DNA of 64,000 nt. Source: the human T2T-CHM13v2.0 reference genome, Homo sapiens. Numbering within the stretch: the first letter of the stretch is position 1; each line of letters opens with the position of its first letter. The notes beneath the pieces were generated by a model. It saw only the letters and a program-made list of their open reading frames with translations. It was not told the origin of the DNA and made no database searches. Positions 55,086-64,000 of this stretch are shown piece by piece. A program made the position numbers and the translations under genes. The DNA lies in the NCBI RefSeq assembly GCF_009914755.1, contig NC_060927.1; one strand, 5' to 3'.

Positions 55086-55273
55086 TCCAATCACTGATAC
55101 TTGATGGTTTATGTAAGTTATTGTAATAAAAACATATAAATGGCATTAACTTAAATGAAACACTGACTCAAATTACTCAAATTCCAATCACTGGCTCTTG
55201 ATGGTTTATGTAAGTTACTGTAATAAAAACACATGGATGGCATTAACTTAAATGAAACACAGACTCAAATTAC
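55086..55273. repeat. 2 x 91 bp tandem duplication (period 97)
   Basis: tccaatcactg..cttgatggtttatgtaagtta..ggcattaacttaaatgaaacac.gactcaaattac twice. Confidence 0.95.
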
Positions 55274-55522
55274 AGTGATGTGTTGGTTAACAACAAAGAT
55301 ACGTTCTGAGAAATGAGATATTAGACGATTTAGTCATTGTGTGAACGTCATAGAGTGTACTTACACAAACCTAGATGGTACAGGCTACTTAATACAACGG
55401 TAAATATTTGTATGTCTAAACAGAAAAGATACAGTAAAAATACAACATTATAATTTCCTGGGGCCACTGTTGTTTAAATGATCCCTCATTGACTGAAATG
55501 TTGTTATATGGCAGACGACTAT
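55273..55522 (+). mobile_element. Tigger3a (MER7A)-type DNA transposon, internally deleted
   Basis: ta-cagtgatg..gatacgttctgagaaatg..tagagtgtacttacacaaacctagatgg..gacta-ta. Confidence 0.85.
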
Positions 55523-55799
55523 ACATGGAACTCCTAACTTATACACATCATCCCTCTAAAAAGCCATTTTTCCCTAATTGCTTCTCCCCATCCATTAAAT
55601 TTTAATACTACATATGTATAGTATGTCTGTTTATGTATTGTACATATCTGTGCTTTGCACATAAAAAGAGTGAGAATTCTCACATAGGTCTGAGATTTAA
55701 AAAAATAAAATAAAACAAGTAAGGTTTTTTTGCCTCCCCTCAAGATCCAGTTTTTACTTCTTGGAGGGGATATTACCCACGTTGCAAATACATGCAGTG

Positions 55800-57500
55800 T
55801 GCCCTTTACATTGCTTTCTTTAATGTTAACATCTTACGTAACTGTGTAGCACAACTAATAAAACTAATAAATTAACATTGATACATTATTAATTAACTGT
55901 AGACTCTAATCATATTTTACAAGTTTTACCACTAAAGTCCTATTTCTGTCAGGTACTAATCCAGGATCTTGCATTGCATTTAGTTATCAGGTCTCTTTAA
56001 TTTTCTCTAACCTGTGACAATTCCTCAGTTTTTCGTTGTCTTTCATGACCTTTAGACTTTTTAAAAACATTGAAAAGTTATGTATAGTGTCCTTCAATTT
56101 GAATTTTTCTGAAGTCTTCTCATGATTAGGTTGAAGTTATATATTATTGAAAAGAATTACACAGGGATGATGTGTGCTTCTCATATCAGAGAATAAACGA
56201 GGATGATCTGTCTTATTACTGGTGATGTTAACCTTGATCATTTGGCTGAGATGATACTTCCCAGATTTCTCCACTTTAAAGTGATTATTCTTTTCTTTTT
56301 AATTAGTAAATATTTCTTGGGGGAATATTTTGAGATGATACAAATATTGTGTTTCTCCTTACACTTTCACCTACTAATTTTAGCATCCATTAGTCAATGA
56401 TGCTTGCAGAAATTATTATTGTGGTACTCTAATAGTGATTTTCTATTTCTCTCATTACTTCTACATTCATTAATTGGAATGATTCTTTAAGGAAGATTAT
56501 CTCTTCTACTCCATTTATTTATTTATTCAGTTATTTATTTATATCAGTATAAGCCCAACAATATTTATTTTATTCCTTGGTTTATAATCCAATACTATTC
56601 TTATTTACCTTCTTGCTCAAATAACTTTGGTAGGAGCTCTTTTAGGTTAGCTCCTGTGCCTTTTTCACATGTTGCCAACCCCTCTGAGCATTTTCTGACA
56701 TCACAATTTTTTCCAGGATAAACTTCTATTTTCTCTGTCTCAGTCTCAAATCAATCACCTCTTTAATGAGCCATGGTTCCTTTTATTGGACACTTTACCA
56801 GTGTAGCCTAGTACACTGATGATAATTAAAAAACAAAATTTGGTTATTACTTGTTGTATCAGTTCATTCTTACGTTGCTATAAAGAAATATCTGACACTG
56901 AGTAATTTATAGAAAAAAGAAGCTTAGTTGGCTCATGGTTTTGCAGGCTGTACAGGAAGCATAGCAGCTTCTGTTTCTGGAGAGGCCTCAGGAAGCTTCC
57001 AATCATCACAGAAGGCAAAGGGGAAGTGAGACATCTCAGATGGTGGGAGCAGGAGAGAGAGAGGGAGGAGGTGCTGCACACTTTTAAGCAACCAGATATC
57101 ATGAGAACTCACTATCGTGAGGACAGTACCAAGGGGGATGATGCTAAACCATTCATGAGAAACCATGATCCAATCGCCTCCCACCAGGGTCCATCTCCAA
57201 CTCTGGGGATTGCATTTTAACATGAGATTTGGTGGGGATACAAAGCCAAACCATATCTGGTGTATTTCTTGCTATTGGGGTGTTACTTCTTCTAAAGCTT
57301 CTCATCAGACAGAGCTAGGAAATCTGTGTGTGTATACTAACTTACATATGCACACACCTATGTTTATTTCTGTATTTCTGACTCCAATCTAGCAGCACAA
57401 GTTTCATTCTAGCCTTCTTCCTTTCCTTTTTTGTGACTTCATTCTTTGGATAGTAAGAAACTGGATTCTCACTATCTATAATGTATTTATTTGCTTAATT
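55800..57500 (-). mobile_element. L1MC/MD 3' region interrupted by an MSTA LTR (about 56855-57257)
   Basis: aatccaggatc..cattgcatttagt..ggtgatgttaaccttgatca; MST motifs ggctcatggttttgcaggctgtacaggaagcat..catgagatttggtgggga. Confidence 0.85.
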
Positions 57501-58223
57501 CTACTATTGTAGGATTATCTACACTATTTTTCAAAGTTACTTCAGCCATATCCTTTCTTCCCCCCTTCCCTTCAGTGTGGTTATGTGATTCATTTCATTT
57601 GATTTATTTATTGTAGTCAGTTTCATTATTCACAGCCTGCATTTCATCTTGGATTCCCTCTGCTTCCCCACATTGTGATTGATTTATTTTGTTTGATTTT
57701 TTAAAAAAATTCTTATTCTTTATGGAAAAGCCTCATTTTGTCATACATTATGCTTATCTTTTCTCTATTTTAACATATCAATAATGATAATCTCTGGGTC
57801 TGCTTCCATTGACCATTAAAAAAAATTTGGTATCCTTTTCCTGTTTCTTTAGGTGTCTGGTAATTCTTATTGTATGCTGGACATTGTGGATAATAGATTG
57901 TAGAGGTTCTGGATTATGTTAAATTACCAGAGACACTCTGACCCAGTCAAGTCTTGGTTTTAGGCCTTGCTAGGTCAGACCTATTTTATCTTTGCATTTA
58001 CTTCTATGAGTTGTCCCTATTCTAGGGTGAGAGCTTTCTGGGGTCTCAACTGAAAGATTGGGATGTTCACCAAGGTCTCACAGTGTCTCCTCATTAATAT
58101 GTGAATTCAGATATTTCTACTTGGTTAACAGCCTCTTAGCAAAAATTTTTAAGGGGCTTCCCATAGTTTCACCCTGCAGTTGTGCAACTTTGGATTTGGC
58201 CAAGGATCTGAGAGAAATTATAT

Positions 58224-59410
58224 ACAGTCATGCACTGCATAACAATGTTTTGGTCAATGACAGTGGTGGTCCCATAAGATTATAATGGAGCTGAAAAATT
58301 CGTGTCATCTAGTGATGCCATGGCTGTCATAACATCATAGCACAACACATTACTCATCTGTTTGTGGTAATGCTGGTGTAAACAAATCTACTGTGCTGCC
58401 AATTGTATAAAAGTACAGCACATACAATTATGTACAGTACATAATACTTGGTAATGCTGATAAATGAATATGTTACTAGTTTATGTATTTATTATAATAC
58501 ACTTTTTATTGTTATTTTAGAGTGTGCTCCTTCTGCTTGTATTAAAAAAAAGGTAGCTGTAAAACAGCCTCAGGCAGGTTCTTCCTGAGGTGTTCCAGAA
58601 GAAGACATTGTTGTCATAGGAGATGACAGCTCCATGTGTGTTATAGTCCCTGAAGAACTTCCAGTGGGATGAGAGGTGGAGGTAGAAGACAGTGATATTG
58701 ACTATCTTGACCCTGTGTAGGCCTAAGCTAATGTGTCTGTTTGCATCTTAGTTTTTAAGAAAAAAGTTTAAAAAATTAAAAATTAAAAATTTTAAAAATA
58801 GAAAAAAGCTTATAGAATAAGAATATAAAGACAAAATACTTTTCTATAGCTATATAATGGGTTTTAAGCTAAGTGTTATTACAAAAGAGTCAAAAACTTA
58901 AGAAAATTTAAGTTTATAAAGTAAAATGTTACAGTAAGCTAACATTTATTTTTGAAGAAAGAAAAAATTTAAAAAATAATTCTAGTGTAGCCTAAGTATA
59001 TAGCATTTATAAAGTCTATGGTGGTACACTGTAATGTCCTAGGCCTTCACATTTACTCACCACTCATTTACTGATTCACCCAGAGCAACTTTTGGGTCTG
59101 CAAGCTCCATTCATGGTAAGTGCCCTATATAGCTGTACCATTTTAAATCTTTTATATTGTATTTTACTGTACATTTTCTATTTTAGATATGTTTCAATAT
59201 GCAAATACTTAAATTACTATTGTGTTACAGTTGCCTACAGTATTCAGTACAGTTACATACTGTGCAGGTTTGTAGCCTGGGAGCAATAGGCTATACCATA
59301 TAGTCTAGGTGTGTAGCAGGCTAAAGCATCTATGATGTTTGTGCAATGACAAAATTGCCTATTGACTCAGTTCTCAGGATTTAGCCCTGTCATTAAGCAA
59401 CACATGACTG
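58224..59410 (-). mobile_element. Tigger3b (MER7B), near full length
   Basis: TIRs ta-cagtcatg .. catgactg-ta with TA target duplication; about 1.19 kb. Confidence 0.9.
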
Positions 59411-59595
59411 TATATTTTCCCAGTGGTTCCCTATTGTCTGTTATTCTCCCCTCCACCCTTCCAGATTCCCACGGCCTTAGCATCCCCTAACTCCTACCTC
59501 TGTTTCTTTCTGTCTCTCCTTGGACTCTTTTTTTCCCTGTACAGCAGATTGAAAAATATCTTCACAGAAAAAACCAGGATGAATGTGGGGTTTAA

Positions 59596-60055
<460 letters not shown>

Positions 60056-60967
60056 CTGATCATTTTTCTAAATAAGAAAGCTTGTAGATTCATAGGATTT
60101 CAATTATTCTGTCAAGCAGAGGGGAGAAAAGAAACATGCTAGTGATCCTTATCTGATTTCACTTAAAACTCTTACAAAGATTTCTATAGTTCATTACACA
60201 AAGTTTTCAATTACATCCTTATTACTAGAATAAAAATGATCAACTAAGAGAACCAACTAGAATTACAGGGTTCTTTTGGAAGCTATTTTTGTGTCTAGAA
60301 TCTTTATAATCTTATAAGACCTTTTTTTTTTTTTTTCAAATAGCCCTTCTGAGATCTGATATGTATTAATAAGGAATGGGACCAAAGGTTATGAATACAC
60401 ATGAACTTCCATATTTCATATGAAAACAGTATTAATATCCTCTGGAAGTTCTCAATTTAATGCTTTATCAAATTAGATTTTTTCATGTGATATACAGCAC
60501 AAAGAACACATCTCTTCTTTGAGAGCCGTAGAAAAGGAGGAGGATATTCCTTAGGCTCCTTTCTTGGGATGATTTATTTGATTGTGAAGATTTATATTTT
60601 TAGAGCCAGACTCTGGAATTTCATTTATCAAGTTTATAAGCAAAAATTCGGCTTGTAAAGCTCAAATTTACTGGGAGAAATGAAAAAAAGAACTACAGAT
60701 TTTCTATATAATGACAGTGAATTAACTGGACATATAGCTTTTTTTTTTTCTGTATAATGTTAAGGCGGTTATTAAAAGTTTACACGTGATTTTGTGACTG
60801 TATCTTTCCCCCATCCCTCAGCTGGCAGATGGCATCTAGATCAAACGTCATAATCCTCCCTAGGATTATGAGAGTGAAGCTCCATGTATAACACACTTGA
60901 ATTAACTGCAACCTGAGAAACCAAAACACTATATTAACCAGAGCATATTCTACTGCTTCACTTTTAG

Positions 60968-61051
60968 GAAAAAAAAAAAAAGAAGCAAATGATACCAAGA
61001 CAAGCTCATAACAGAGATCCAATCAGCAGATGTGTACGGATGAAAATACAG
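60968..61051 (+). other. MOBP: MOBP exon 2 (84 nt, 5' UTR)
   Basis: cacttttag|GAAAA..GAAGCAAATGATACCAAGACAAGCTCATAACAGAGATCCAATCAGCAGATGTGTACGGATGAAAATACAG|gtac; recognised as the leader preceding the MOBP start codon. Confidence 0.85.
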
Positions 61052-61349
61052 GTACAAATGAATCTCTTATAGCCTTTTGGATCTGCATCTAAATTTTTGC
61101 ATAATGATGACTAGTATTCAGAATGTCACAATAGAATGCAGAATCAGCAAAAGAATGAGCAATCAAATTTTCAGTAAGAGTTAAACACTTCTTTAGTATG
61201 TCCACATGGCTCACCCTATTCTAGGTTCTGGGAGCAGAAATATAAAAAAAAATTTTCTCTACCCCAGAGGGACTATGACCCAAGCCACCGAGTGTCTGTG
61301 CTTGGCAAACCCACATATCATGCACAGCGGAACAGCCATTCTCTGATAA

Positions 61350-64000
<2,651 letters not shown>

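Overview
Primate (human-like) genomic DNA, repeat-rich (about 40 Alu copies or fragments, old L1/HAL1/L2, several solo LTRs, Tigger3 DNA transposons), with no convincing protein-coding exon. I recognise two + strand 5'-UTR exons (about 48633-48693 and 60968-61051) as exons 1 and 2 of MOBP (myelin-associated oligodendrocyte basic protein). This identification is from memory of the mRNA leader; the CDS lies beyond the window. Positions 1-48.6 kb are therefore upstream/intergenic DNA and the rest is intron 1 and the start of intron 2. Most notable observations: (1) a single-strand array of TTTGT/CTTTGT (SOX-type) motifs with about 11 bp spacing and a 44-45 bp higher-order unit, directly upstream of the MOBP TATA box; (2) a 1.45 kb insertion inside an ERV LTR with hallmarks of L1-mediated retrotransposition of a non-coding Pol II transcript (CpG-rich 5' end, internal AluJ, AATAAA, A tail, target-site duplication); (3) a 345 bp local duplication with uneven divergence that looks like twin minus-strand terminal exons, plus other minus-strand exon candidates; (4) upstream AUGs in MOBP exon 2. 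Repeat family names are by eye, and repeat boundaries are approximate.
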